64,000 nt of DNA from Lepidodermella squamata (taxonomy: Eukaryota > Animalia > Gastrotricha), in NCBI GenBank assembly GCA_047495785.1, contig JBLDXI010000024.1, positions 1,054,001 through 1,118,000 on the forward strand, written 5' to 3'. A program made the position numbers and the translations under genes. Below are positions 43,152 through 57,089 of the stretch, in pieces. Position 1 is the first letter of the stretch. Every line of letters begins with the position of its first letter. The notes under the pieces were generated by a model. It was not told the DNA's origin and ran no database searches. It saw nothing but the letters and a program-made list of their open reading frames with translations.

Positions 43152-46069
43152 TCATTTGAGTAGTTCAGATATTTTAGCCGTACTCAACTTAATAATATCC
43201 AGTTCAGCAAGTATAGCAGCAGTGAGGCCACCGATGTATAGAATGTAGAGGTATATGGCGTAGGGCCGGCGTACGTAGAATCGCTGAATGATCGGAATAC
43301 CGATGTAAGATGAAATGATGACTGCCAAGAGTAGGCCGAACATAAGGAGCAACTCATCAGGAAGTCGAGCTCGGTATTCTCCTCCGCCGTTGATTGTTAT
43401 GATAAGCAGTGGCAAACCGAGACCGAGAAGCATGTCTGTAAAGTTAAAGGATCAAAATTGAAAACTTCTCCTTAAAATGAACTTACTGAATAAAACGCTG
43501 CTGAAACAAGCACTGATCGCCATTTTCGAGTAACCCTGTCTCGCTACAGTTGTGTCGTTGATGAAATCTCCAAGGCTGTTTCCCCAAGCCAAGAAAGACA
43601 GCGCGAGGATGGCAGGACTGATATTTAGGGCGACCCCGAAGCAGTTGATCAAATTAACGACTTCATTCGCGAATAAATAGATCCACATTGCAGTCGTCAC
43701 AAAGCCAACGACAGCGAAAACAATGTGATACCTTGGTCTCACAATATTCTTTGATGTGAAGAAAACCAGGAGACCTATTGCCAGGCCAACTAAAGCTACA
43801 ACGGCAGCTATCGGGAACGAATCGTCGATTGTTTCGGTGATAGTATTGAAAGCGAACATGATGAAGATCGGCATTGTTACGCAGTGAAGACTGTTCAACG
43901 GCCGGTTCCAATTCAAGTTGGGTCTTTCTTCGTCCAAAACTGGGTTCGTGAGCAGCACCAGGAATAAGATGGGAGCTTTGATGCATTGGAAAATCCGCCA
44001 GAACCAATTGTCTTCCTCCCAAGCGTCCATTTCAATAGGATTCAGGCCGACAAGCATCCATTTCCATAGAGGCATGTCTTCAATGACCTCGTCTTCATCT
44101 TCGTCCTCAGTTTTCGTGATATCGGGAGCTGATTCTACGACCGGGCTCAATGGATGGCTGTGATGAGGAGGCTGATTCGCGGTATTCGAGGACCGTTTCA
44201 GCGATAGCCGAGTCTCGATTTCTTCATCAGAAGACGATGACTCACCTTCTGGCATAAGGAAGTTCTCGAGTTTTGACAAATTTCTTGGCCGATTAACATC
44301 GCCATCGACTGTCAGAGTCAAAGCGCCAGGAGCTGCTAAACTGCTTTGCCTCCCTGCCGAAGACCGAGAATGCCGCGATGATTGGCTAGGTCTTCGTTCG
44401 ATGCTAAGCAGCATTTGCTCGCGAAGCCTCCTCGCCTCATCTTGCCTCGCTGAGTCGTGACGAATCAACATCCTCGCAACTCTCGAAATCTGCGTCAGAT
44501 CCTCCGGTTTACGATTATGAGCCCGGTGGTTGCTGTCGTCTACCTCAATCTCAACTTTCTTCACCGCCGCTGAATAGCTACGGTTACGGGTAGACGCAGT
44601 CGGAGATCCTAATGGAGTTGTTTTCGTCTCAGCTGTGTTGTAGGAGCTAACTCGCATTAAACGCCGATCTGAAGTCGTTAAATTGAAGAAAGGGAGACCA
44701 GGGGGAGCGAGGGTTGTTGGCGACTGAACTTCGACGTCATTGATTTGAATGACTGGGGGTTCTGCATCATTGACTTGGATGACAGGCGGGGCTATGACGT
44801 TGACACTTGGAATCTTAGCAACAGGAACTGGTGTCAACTCAATAGCAGCAGGAGGACTGTAAGGTGGCGGCATCGGCGGAATGTCTGTTCTCAAAGCGTA
44901 TGAAGCCGTGAGCATTGATGGTTCTGCAGCAGGAGTGGTCCCTTCTTTCTCTTGGCGCCTTTTCGCAGCCCAAGCTATTAGGCGTTTGTTGATCGGCGGG
45001 GCGGCTAAAACCGTGGTTAGGTAAACCACATACATGATCAGGAAAACTGGAAAATACAAAAAACATGAGCTAAGATCAGAGAAGTACTGCGGTTATCTTA
45101 CTCGAAGCCTCGATGATCGTGATCACGCCGTCCCAAATAACGACAAATGCTAAATGAATTCAATAAAATATGAATATTTTTCTTAAAATATTGACTTTAC
45201 CTGCAAAAACAGCAACAATGTAAAAAATCATTGTTCGCAATAGCGGCCGCTCCATTGTTCTGAATGGTTTGATCATGATAACAGTTGCCACGATAACAGA
45301 GATTGTGAAAGATCCTGAGCCGAGTAACGTGCCGTATAAGACTCCGACGTCACCATCTTTCATCGTCAAAGCAGCGGCTATAGATGTAAAAATGTCCGGA
45401 GCACCGTTGCCAAGTGGCAACAACGTTTCACCCTAGAAGGATGGAATCATCAAACGAATCAATGTTAAATTTGGTCGCAACTTACAGCCACGTTTTCACT
45501 GAAGCCTAGGGCAGAGGCGATTGCAGCAAGATTCGGAGTAAAGCTGAAATAGTAAAACAGTTGGATACCGACTCAAGAAAAAGGATATTATTACATCCGA
45601 TCCGAGGTGATAGCCATCGACAGAAGGAACAGCATGAAAGTAATTACCTAATGTTGCAATAGGATTTATCTCATGTTTGAGGCTTTCGATTATTTCTGCT
45701 TACATAGATTATATAACCCACGGCTTGCAAGTCTCCTTTGAAGGAGCAATGGAAGTAAATAGTGTAATTCACGTAGCCACTGTCGATAAAGCAATCAGGA
45801 TTAGCCTATATAGGAATTTGAGATATAGGTCAAGAACAAAATTAGGGGTAATTATTACCGATACAAAGTCACACTTTTCATCGATGCCTTCGACATTATG
45901 AACTTCATTGCAGTCGATGCCCTGTTATTAAGTTGAAAGAAATTTGCCGAATTTGCTGAATTATTCAGACTCAAACGTCAAATGGGTCGTCCGAATCGCC
46001 GGAATCACTCGCCACACTTGCTATGGAAAAAATTGCGATCAAGGCTACTAGCCATAGCCTTGGGATCAT
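43152..46069 (-). CDS. SLC8B1: NCLX/SLC8B1-like cation/Ca2+ exchanger, paralog 1 (multi-exon)
   Basis: alpha-1 GNGAPD, alpha-2 LAWGNSLGD...ARQGY.KMAISACF, WNRPLNSLHC; start MIPRLWLVAL at 46069. Confidence 0.88.
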
Positions 46070-46522
46070 AGTCCTAGATTCAACAGAACTCGCCGTAGTA
46101 GTGTATAAAAAATGAGCGCTGTTGTAAACAAATAAGTGCCGCACTGGATCGCCCCTTTAAATAGATTATGCTTCTTTTTCACCACGGCAGTACCTAAACT
46201 TCTGCGACGTAATCGCGACAACGAGATAGAGCGCGCAGGGTTTTGGTAGTGTAATTACGGCACGCGGAAATGCTTTCTGATAAAAATGTGCGTAAGTAGT
46301 GTGACTTTTCGGGTATTTTTAACGCAATGAAATCATATAAGAACACCAGTAACTGCTTTACACCCTCCCTCTTTGGCCTTGATCCTCATTAAAAGACAAG
46401 GGTGTGACTAAGTATCGTCACTCCTTATCTGACCGGGACTTCACTGGTTTAGTCGGTCAAACTCGTTCGAAATTTGTCGGGCAAGATCATTTTTATTTAT
46501 TTACTTCCATTGTTAATATCAA

Positions 46523-49409
46523 CTAGCGATGTAAGGAGATCACATCAAGCTCAGCCAAAACTACGCAAGTTATTCCAGCGGCATATAGGACGTATAGGAA
46601 AACAGCGTAGGGCCGCCTTAGGTAGAATCCTTGAATGAGGGGGATTGCAATAAAGGAGCTGATAACTGAGCATCCCACGAAGCCAAACATGATTAGAAGG
46701 ATATCGGGAAGGACAGCCTAAAGAATTTTCGGAAATAGGATGATTAGTTTAGGGCTATTCTCTAAATTACCGGGACTCGACCGCCACCGTTAATTGTGAC
46801 TATCATTAAGGGCATTCCAAGCCCGAGAAGTAAATCTGTGTGTAAAACGATTAAATTTGAAGAATTAACTTGAATTAATTTACGCACTGAACAAAACGGA
46901 TCCGAAGCAGGAGCTAATAGCCATTCGTGAATAGCCTTGCCTAGCCACAGCCGTGTCGTTAATGAAATCGCCCAAGCAATTTCCCCAAGCCAAAAATGAC
47001 CTGAAAAATCCAATTATTTAAATGTTGGGACACTAAACACAAATTTACAGGGCAAGAACGCTTTGGCTGATACTTAGAGCTATTCCGAAGCAATTTATCA
47101 AATTTACAATCTCGTTAGCCACCAAATAGATCCACATTGCAGTTGTGCCGAAGCCAATAAAAGCGAAAACCTTGAGGTAATTCATTTGAGCAAATTATCG
47201 AAAAATCAGGTCAATCAAACTCACAACGTGATATTTTGGTCTCTCCGTATTTTTAGACGTTAGGAATACGATTACGCTCCCAACTAGGCCAATCAGCGCT
47301 AAGATTCCAGCTAAAGGAAAGACTTCTGCTACCATCTCAGTTGTCACTAAAATTTAAGGAATACAGTAAGCATTTTCGGTCGAAATTCGTCACTAACTAT
47401 TAAGGCAGAAAAGAATGAAGATAGGAGCTGAAATACATTGGAGGCTGTTTAGAGGACGGTTCCAGTTCAGCAACAGCTTTTCCTCGTCAACAATCGGATT
47501 AGTAAGCCTGACCGCTGCCAGAAGAGGCGATTTGATTATCTGCATAAATTTCCAAAACCAATGTTGCGTTCTCCATTCTTCGAGGTCGATTGGGTTTATG
47601 CCATCGATCAGCCATCTCCAAATCGGTCTATCCTCGACCGCGGGCTTTAAATCGCTTTCGGTACTTGAAATCGAAGTGACATCAAGTTCTATTCTGACGT
47701 TACTGCTCGTTGTAAGGTCTATCCTATCGTCGTCCGCTTCGTTCAACTCGACACCTACAGCCAATGAATTCCCATAAATGGCAGCTGGGGTGGTGGAGAT
47801 ATGCGCGATTGACGTAGTACGATCTTCCTCGGATTCGGAGGTTGACAAATCGGGTATGATCAACGCCTCTATTCGATCGCTGATGATACTGGTTTTCCGA
47901 GGATTGACCGAAGCTATCGAACCTTTTCTCGATGAATCTAATAAGGTCAGAGTTCTGGCTCGTAGCTTTTGGCTGTACTCCTGTTCCTCTGCTCCTTTCT
48001 TCATCAGAATCTTAGCTTTTCGAGATAACTGGGAATCTTGGTTAGGCAACGAAAGTTCCTGCCGATTTCTGACAGAAGCACTTCGTGATTTCGAGTATTG
48101 ATTCGGCGCCCCATCAACCATCATAGAAGTTGTCCGCCATCTCGGATTTTTCGGTTTATTCTGGGCGCTATCATCGCCAAGAATATTGGTCGCTAGATTA
48201 GCCATTGAGCTGATACTTGGCCGCGCGATTGAGGTGGCTCGAGTTGAAGGTAGATCACTTTCTGAAGGTATTCTAGGCAAAACTTGTCCCAATGTCACAT
48301 CTCCCTGATCAGTGCTGGGCAAATCAGTTTTTGTCACTTCTAAAATTGAAACTTTAAATTTTAGAAATTTAATATTTTGTATGAGACTCGCCTATTCCAA
48401 GGGATGAATTCATCTCATTAGCGATTCGAGCTTGGCGTCTTTTAGCTGCCCATTCGATTAGCATTAGGTTCAACCGACGTCCAAATAACACCGTAGATAG
48501 GTACACAGCATACATTATCAAGAAAACTGAGATGGAAATTGAAATTTATCGAAAATAGTGATAGGAATCATCCTTACTCGAAGCTTCCCAAACGTCGATA
48601 TATCCATCCCAAATCACTGCGAATGCTTTAAAAGGGCTTCATGATTTTTTCATAGGTAATTAATTAGAAGCTCTCTTACCACAAAATAATGCCATCATGT
48701 AGAAAATGAGGGTTCGAAGCAATGGCCGTTGCATAATTTTAAATGGCTTGATCATAACTACCGTTGCAACTATGACGGTTGTAGTGAAAGCTCCGGATCC
48801 TAATAGCGTTCCATAGAGTATTCCAACATCGCCGTCTTTAATCGACATAGCGGCTGCTATTGAGGTGAAAATATCAGGCGCCCCATTTCCTAAGGGCAGC
48901 AATGTCTCTCCCTGAATAAAATAAATTCCAGAGGTGATAAAATAAACTTAAAAAATTACAGCAACACTTTCACTGAACCGTAGAGCTCTTGAGATAGCTG
49001 TCAAATTCGGGATAAATCTATGAAATAAATTTACAATTTTTTTAGAATTTAAAACCGCGAAATAGCTCACATTTTATCAGAAATTACCGCCATAGACATG
49101 AGCAGATAAGCGAAAAGTAGAACTAGTAGTAGGTAACCCATGGGCTGTAATATCGGCCCACCAAAATCGCAATACAGAACTTCGACGTAGTTCACGTAGC
49201 CATCGTCGATGCCGCAATCTGAATCATCTCGCCTCACGTAATCACATTTCCCCGAGGAAGAATTAAACTTGTGAACATTCAAGCAATCGCCACCTTCCTA
49301 TACAAAAAATTTAGCGAAAAATACGTCGAAATCGATAGGATACCTCGTCATCGCCAGCTGCGAGGCATAATAAAGTCGAAATTACTGCGACCCAAAATAT
49401 CAACCTCAT
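46523..49409 (-). CDS. SLC8B1: NCLX/SLC8B1-like cation/Ca2+ exchanger, paralog 2 (multi-exon)
   Basis: MRLIFWVAVISTLLCLAAG; GYVNYVEVLYC; GNGAPD; WNRPLNSLQC; LAWGNCLGD; ends LAELDVISLHR. Confidence 0.88.
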
Positions 49410-49796
49410 TTTCCTTTTTTATCTGATTTTTGAAAAATTAATATAATAATCAGCGAAAATTGAGTCTTATCTCTCTATTTAATCCACAGACTGCGGCGGT
49501 GGTAGACGATTAAAACTTTGTAGACATTAGATAAAACAACTTCAGAAAATCAAGATAGTTTCGTGCTTTATTTCATTGTCAAAAATCCATTAATAACAAT
49601 TATTCCATCAGAAATACGAATATAAGTATTGTGCGGCGTATAACTCTAAATAGAAAGAGTGATTGTATAATAAATTGAGCGATTAAACAATTTTAAAGGA
49701 AGCCCGTATGGGAGAGAGACCAGTAAGAGACTTTTAAAAAGGGCACAAATCGAGATAGGACGGTTGTGCAAAAAAGGCGATAGGCGATGTTGAACT

Positions 49797-52700
49797 TCAC
49801 AGGTAACTTCCATTATCCATATTCATCGAGTCCGAACCCTGAAAATAATTCCACATACACTCAAATTATTGGGAAAATTTGGTTACTTACGGTGTTGGGC
49901 GATACAGGAGATTCAGATTTTTCCTGCCGATCGTTAACAGGAATGTTGCTGCCGCAATTCCTTATCATTGACCTCTGCTCCTGAGCTGCGATAATCACAT
50001 GCGAATCCAATTCCTCATAGACCTGTTCGTTGGCTCTACATTCCGAATCGTCGAGATTTTTCAGGTAAAATATCGCCGTTTGTTGCTCGCGACGATGTAG
50101 CCATAAGAAAGCGCCAGCGGCAAATAGGAACAAACTGCCAACGACTGCGATTATTACGATACCAGCTATCAACGTTGGATTCAGCGAAATGGCTTCCGAA
50201 ACCTGGACATTATCATCTAGCTCTAACGCCTGTGTTGTCTCGGCTGAGTCTGTCGTAATGAATTCAGTTGTTGAATTGTTTTCCTCAACATCAGAAATTT
50301 CTGTAATAAATGCCGTTGTTTCGACTTCAACCGTAGTAGGAATCGATGTGGTAGTCGAAGCTATTGTTGTAGTCGTGGTCACATGAGCCACCGTGGTATT
50401 ATTATTCATCGGGACCAATGGATACATCATATTCCTGGCGTTAATTATAGGCCGAGACAATCCTACAACAGCCCATCGTAATTTGAAGCCGCCCCTTCGA
50501 CCGGAGCTATCGGTTCGGAAATGAACGAAACCATGACGGCCAGATGTGATGAAGTATTTGCCAAGAGCTCGCAACGAGCATTGTTTCGTCAGCGTTCTAG
50601 AATGATTCGATTCGCCGTCGTAAATCGATACCCAATCGTGCCAGCAAGATTCTAGTATAATTGGACGAATATTTTTCAAATTTCAATAAAGCCGGTAATA
50701 TTTTACCATGATGTTCCATGTCGATTTTCGAGAACCAAAATTTGAGTTTCGTTTTTTCAGGAGCAGTTAGCCGCCAACTGCAGCGCATGTTGTTGTAGTA
50801 ATTGCCACTCGACGGGTCGCGAGGGCTTTCAATTGCACCCTCCGTCTTGTTCTCTTCAACCTTAATTTCAATCAAAGTCTCACATGGCCCTATTTAAGCA
50901 AAAACTATAATTTGAACACTGCCGATTAGGAAATTGAATCTAACCAATAGCCGAAGTTGTAGATATAGGCATAAGTGTAGTCGGTGATTCGATTCGTGGC
51001 TTTGGAGCGTTATCTAATAAATTAAAGTATTTAATTCGAGTTCAGAAGTAAAAAAAATCCGGCTTAATAATAAATATCCTTATGCAATAAAAAGGACGCA
51101 GAATTTTCCCACGCACCTGAAACCATTTTTTGCGTGCAAAAAATCAAATAAATTAGCGCGAAAATTCTACTTCCTATTGCAAACTTAAGGACCTTAATAT
51201 AATAATTTTAATAATAGTTGAAATAAATATGATCATCAATTAACCTTGTGGTAGCCAGTGTAATTTGAATCCTTTGTACCGCTGAGAGTTGTCCGTATGA
51301 AAATGTACGAAGGCAAACTCTTGAGTTGTATGAAAATTTACACCCAAAGCACTCGTGAAGCATTGCTTAGTAAGCAATGTCGAATTCCGATCAGGCCCAT
51401 CGTAGATAGCAACCCAGTCAAAACACTCGCCAGAATCGCTTGTTTCAAGCTCCATTTCCGTAAAATACAGCCATATTGTCAGCGGTTTCGCGACTCGAAT
51501 CTGCCAGCCGCATTGTTCGTTATTCATGTACAGGCCATCTGGGCCCATATCGTTGGCAATCGACCCGCCATGGTCGCCTCTATCGGCGATATAACGAGTT
51601 TCCGTGCAATGGGCCGTATAATTTCGGGTTGGCTTAACAGCAGGCACACTTTTCGGGCCTTGCCTCAACCAGCGAAGTTCAAAGCCTTCATACTGCACCG
51701 AATCATCGGTATGGAACTGAATGAAGGCGTACTGCTGGGTGGTGTAAAAATTCCGCCCGACTCCGTTAGATGAACATTGTTTCGTTATTAATGGTGACGT
51801 ATTAGGCCTCAAGCCATCGTGGATAGCGACCCAGTCAAATTTGCACTCTTCGTCAAGATCTTCTACAACAGTCAATATCAGGCTTGGATAAATTTCAAGA
51901 AAAATTAGTAAAATTACCATTTGACTCAAGATCCAGTTTCGTAAAATAAAACCTATCGAAAAACGGTAAAAATAATTTATTTCTAGAATAAATCAGTCAC
52001 CTTATCGTAGATTCTGCCGGTACACTTATCAGCCACCCGCAAGTTTCGCCATTGAAGTAGAGACTTTCGACGTCTTTATCATTAGTAATATAGCCACCAG
52101 TTTGTTCGGCTCCAAGACCCGAAACGAACCGAGTATCAGTGCAAGGTGCTGAAATTAGGAATAATTTAAAAATTCCTGAAATTAATTTAAAAATTACCTA
52201 AAGCAGGCCTTGGCTTGACCAAAAGGGCATCGGGTGATGGCTTTGGCGCTGGAAATTAAAGAAAAAATTTTTTGGAAAAAATTCAGGGAAATGTAGTTAC
52301 CTTGCCGAGACCAGCGTAACCTGAAACCTTCACTTCTTCGCGTTGCATCCGAGAAAAAGAAGACAAAGGCATAAGGCTGAGTCGTGTGATAATGTTGGCT
52401 TAGGACGGCACGAGAACCGACGCATTGTTTAGCTAAGAGGGGCGAGTTAGGATCCGGACCGTCATAAATAGCCACAAAATCAAAACATTCACCACCCGCT
52501 AAAAAATTTGTGAAAAATTAATTTTTTAAATATTTTCTAAAATTAATAATTACCAGGTGATTCAAGCTCGAGTTGGATGAAATGTAATGAAATAGTAGCG
52601 CCGGGTGGGACAGCGATTTCCCAGCCGCATCGCTCGTTGTTGTAATAGAGTGAATCACCGTCGCGGTCATTACCTATAAAACCGCCGCCACGATTACCGT

Positions 52701-52841
52701 AACCAGTCACGTGACGGGTAGTAACACAGCGACAATGGGTTTGACCTACAAACAAATTAATGAGCTGTGAAGTGAGCAATTGATTGACTTACCGATCACG
52801 CCGAGCAGCGATATAAGTGCGATTAATTTTCGAATTTTCAT
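49797..52841 (-). CDS. 4xCUB-domain single-pass membrane protein with mucin stalk
   Basis: MKIRKLIALISLLGVI|; four CUB units (YYNNERCGW; YFNGETCGW; YMNNEQCGW; YYNNMRCSW, each with DW/DFVAIYDG...QC...GF.L.W); Thr-rich stalk; TM LIAGIVIIAVVGSLFLFAAGAFLWL; tail VYEEL...DNGSYL. Confidence 0.88.
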
Positions 52842-53802
52842 GCTTAGGTAATTTGCCTGAACAAATATGATATCAAGTATGGCAGTTAAAAAGTAAGACA
52901 ATGAGTCAAATAACGCAGATTATTTTGTGTAATAAATGATTAAGTGTTGCAACAGCTACGCTCTAAAAGCGAAGCAGCGTGCCTGGTGTAGCAAGCAGTA
53001 AACAGGAAACGAAAGCTGGTAATTATGCCTACTGTTACATATTATAGCAGGTAGGTATGCAAAATCGCGCGCAGCAGACAAGCTTATAAAAGTAACAACG
53101 CCATCCATCCATGCATCGAACACGGCTAAGAAGCGTGCGCCAAGTTTTGCAGCGCGAGCTCATAAGCGCGATAATGGTTTCGCGTTTCGCGCGAGATTTC
53201 GCAAGAAAATTCAACCCGCTCGCGCGCGCGCGGCCATTTCTAATACGTGCGCGTGCTGTAAAACAGCCGCCGCCTTTTGGCGCCGCGCGCGGTAATAAAG
53301 AAACGCTTTTCGAGCACTTCTTGTGTTTGTTGCCTGTTTTGCGATTACGTTGTTGATGTTCGAGTCAACTGCTGTCGGCTTTAAAACTTGTTAATAACAT
53401 TTCATTTCGTCGCTAAATACTATCATGCGAGCGAGAGCGCGCTCGCCGCATTGCTGACGACCGACCTGAAGAAACACGTTTTCGAAGAGCAGTGAACGTG
53501 TTAGAATAACAAAAGCAAAACAAAGGCACATGGAGAGCGCGCGAGCGTGTGAAGTTTTGCCTCTCAACGTGCGCCACACATCCGTCTATCACGTCTTTCT
53601 GCTGTTCGGCGGTGGGCGATAAATTGCGGTCATCACTGCCAAATTCAGGACAAATGATAAGACCGTGATGGATGGATTAATGCTCGGAGAGGAACAATAT
53701 ACGGCGGCGGATCTAATAACAACGATATACCTATTACCAACTTCAAGTCACCATTTTATTATTTGAGGTCAAACTGAACGATGAGCAACAAATTGTATGT
53801 TC

Positions 53803-56800
53803 TCAAAGAGACCCAGGGAGCTCAACGCCTAAATTCTCCAAATACCCGGTTACTTCTTCGATTTTTGATTGTAGTACTTCCATTGCAACATTCTGAAATT
53901 AAAATTTTGAAAATTATAAAAAAAATTCAATAGAAAATTAGACTTGCCGGCGATGATTCAAACCACTCCTGCCACTCGAGACATTTTTCAGCGAATTGTT
54001 GGCCGTAAATATTGCCAACAGCCATTCCTTCGGCGAACGCAATCAATCGATCCAATTTTTCTCTGACCTCTTGCTTTTTCAAGCTAGCGTCGATTTCTTC
54101 GTGATAACTAATTTTAAAATCAATAAAAATTGGAGAAAAATACCAAGATTTGTTACCTGTCAAGAATGTTCGAAATTCGGCGGATTTCTCGCTTTGAAAG
54201 GCCGTCATTATACGGCTCGAAAGCGTGGCGGAAGTTCGGCTGAGAAGCGAAACCAACGCTAAAGTGCGTTATCAGTCCGTTGTTGTCCAGCTTAATGGTG
54301 AATTTGAGGTCAGATTCAAAATCTGGGTCAGTCAAATAGGCGAAACCATATGGCGATTTATTCAAGTTGACTTTGATGCCAAAGTTATCCAGCTCCCCAG
54401 GTTTGGCAATCGATTCGATTGACATAATTTTTTCCGGCAACGTGTGGATCAAATGGCCTTTGTATGGTAGAGGGAATGAGTGGGACATTCGCCAGCAATA
54501 AAGCGTTTTCCCACTCTTAAGATCGATTAAAAAGCAATCGATCGTGAACGAGGCGAAATTGGGGAAGGTTTTCGACGAAATATTCATTTCGCACTCGTCG
54601 CGCAAAATCGCAGCTTGGATAGCTAAAAGGAATTTGTATAAAAAAAATTAATAAATTATTAAATTAATAAAAAATTAAATTAAATTAAATTGAAATTAAT
54701 ATTAAAAAATTAAAATTAAATTGCCTGCTCCATAGGCGACGTCTTCAGAATCGCAAGTTTCGGCGTGAATCGGTTGTTCGAACATGGCTTCAAGCTCTCG
54801 AATCAGGAATTTTTCTTTGCAAATGGTAAGGCCTGAAATCAGTGCCAAAGACGGTGTTGATCGGTGTTCAGTAACTTCCTTCGCCAATTGACGTATTTTC
54901 GGCATGAATTTTGTATGCAAAACCTGTTCGTAATCTTCGCGGGAGATAGTGACGTAGAAGTAGCCATTCATGATAGATTTGATATTCAGCTCAACCGAGT
55001 TCATAGAAGACAGCTGTTCTTTCGCCAGCCGACACTTTTCAAAAAGTTCATCCAAGAAAGTTTTGTCTTCGACCATTTCAAAATCCCTTTGCCATTTTTC
55101 CAGGCAATATTTAGCTAACAGAGCATCTAGGTCATCGCCACCAAAGGTAATTGCCCGACATTCTTGAGCTTCCAATTGACCTGATTTCGTCCTTTCTAAA
55201 TAAGCCATCTCAGTAGTACCACTGCCGATTGATACAACCAGAACCGAATTTTGCCCTGCGAAGAGATCAATCTCACCATTCTCAACAAGGTAACTTCGGT
55301 AGATCTTTGATATGAAAGCGGCTCTAGTTTCGTTAATCAGATGAGTATTTCGAATTCCGACAACAGAACTGGCATCGATGATTGATTGACGCTGCAAGTC
55401 GGTGAAATTGGCCGGGATAACAATCACAGCATCGCGAATTTCTTGCTTCTGGAAAATATCTTGCGCGACAAATTTCAGTTTGTCCAGAACTAGGGCATAA
55501 AGTTCATGCGCTGCAATTTCTTCTCCCCGCCTGGCAGGAATTTGGAAATAAAGTTTCGAGTTGGAATCTTCGATAAGGTTCGAAATTCGCAGCTTCTCTA
55601 GTGCTGAGTTGGAAACCGAGGAGAAATCGAGCCCAATAAGATTTTTGAATGAGGAAAAGGTGTTTGAGTCTGAAATGCCTGGACCGATAACAATGGATTC
55701 CGGATCAGCTGGATTTTCGGAACGAAACTGAACTGATGTTTCGAGTGATTGCTGGTCGATACCGTCAATCGAAATAATTCGGGCAACGTTGTCTTGAAAA
55801 TAGGCGATTCTTGATTTCGAGTTACCAATGTCGATTCCTATTGGCGGGGCCCTTGAAATTCATAAAAATATTTAAAATGTACGTTGACTATCTAAAAAGT
55901 TACGGTTTCAGAGATTCGACAGCTTCGCGAAGTTTCGAAATTTCCGCATTTTGCTCAGCCAACTGCTTGCGAAGTATTTCATTAGCCTCGCGATATCGAG
56001 TGATTTGAAACGTTGTCCCATCGGAAGAAATTTGTTCACACGGCCAACAATTCTTATCGGCCTCGTACTCAGACACTCTGGCCAGAGCTAGTTGGTTAGC
56101 CTCAGAGGCACTGAAAAGCCCACATAAAACTTGCCAGAAATAATAAAAAAATTGTTATTACTCGGCACGCTGCTTGCAAAGTTCTTCGTTGAGAGTGTAG
56201 ATTTCGATGTCTTTCTTATTGAGATTATCCATCAGCAACTCATTTTCATGAGTTAGGAAAGAAATTTCTTTCTGTAGTTCTGATGGTGACTGCTCAATGA
56301 CCGGGAAAATTTCCGGAATTTCCATGTCTAGCTGGGATTTTTCTGTCAAGACGTACGACAATGACGAACGATCGCCTGCTGAATAACAAAACATTAAGAA
56401 AATTCGCGAAAAAAAACAGAAATTTATTACCATTGTTGCTATTTTCACGAAGAAGTGAGTTTTCACGTGATTTCCATGAAATTTCCCGCGATAGATTCGG
56501 AACCTTTTTGACAGCATTGAAGGCCAATTTATCCGGGTCGTGTGAGGTGCCACAGCTCCAGCAGGTCGCCAATTCATTAGGACTTGCTGATATCAATTGG
56601 GCCATACATTTAGTGCAAAGCGATTTTTCGAAGCAACATGGCAGCGTGGTGACATCGATATCGGAAGTGAAGCAAACCGAGCAAGTTCTTGCAACTTGCG
56701 AAAATTCGTCATTTTCTGAGCAAATCTAAAACATCTCCGAGTTAACAAGGGAAATTTGCCGAAAGTCTCCAAGCTACTTACGACGTATGAATTTTCGGTA

Positions 56801-56808
56801 GAATTCAT
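53803..56808 (-). CDS. RING finger - coiled coil - divergent Hsp70 fusion protein (multi-exon)
   Basis: Exon 2 CSVC-x11-CC-x5-CTKC-x14-CWSC; heptad region ELQKEISFLTHENELL; Hsp70 motifs GIDIGNSKS, FKNLIG, AVIVIPANFTDLQRQ, LINETRAA, SIGSGTTE, FGGDDLD, AKEQLSS, VAYGA; last intron appears to be GC-AG. Confidence 0.75.
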
Positions 56809-57089
56809 TTTAATGAAGGACCCAGTGCAATAATTTGAAAAATGTGGACCTTTTAAATTTGTTAATATTTGAAATGTGAACTTATAGCTTTGTTTGCGTC
56901 GTTAACGTGAAGCAAGCAACACCTGGTGACCGAAACGCTGAGAAAATAGAAAATTGGACCAGATGTATTTATTTTCGATTTAAAATACCGCACTTATTTT
57001 AATAATTGTGAAAAATTCGAAAATGAAAGTTCCGCCTTAATTTATATATGAAAAAGAGCTATTTACTGTTAGACCTTAGCCGCTCGGAA

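Noticed and set aside
53050-53600. GCGC-rich segment with ORFs 53111-53356 and 53391-53579
   Set aside because: No coding signature or defined repeat ends; probably promoter or UTR sequence of the CUB gene
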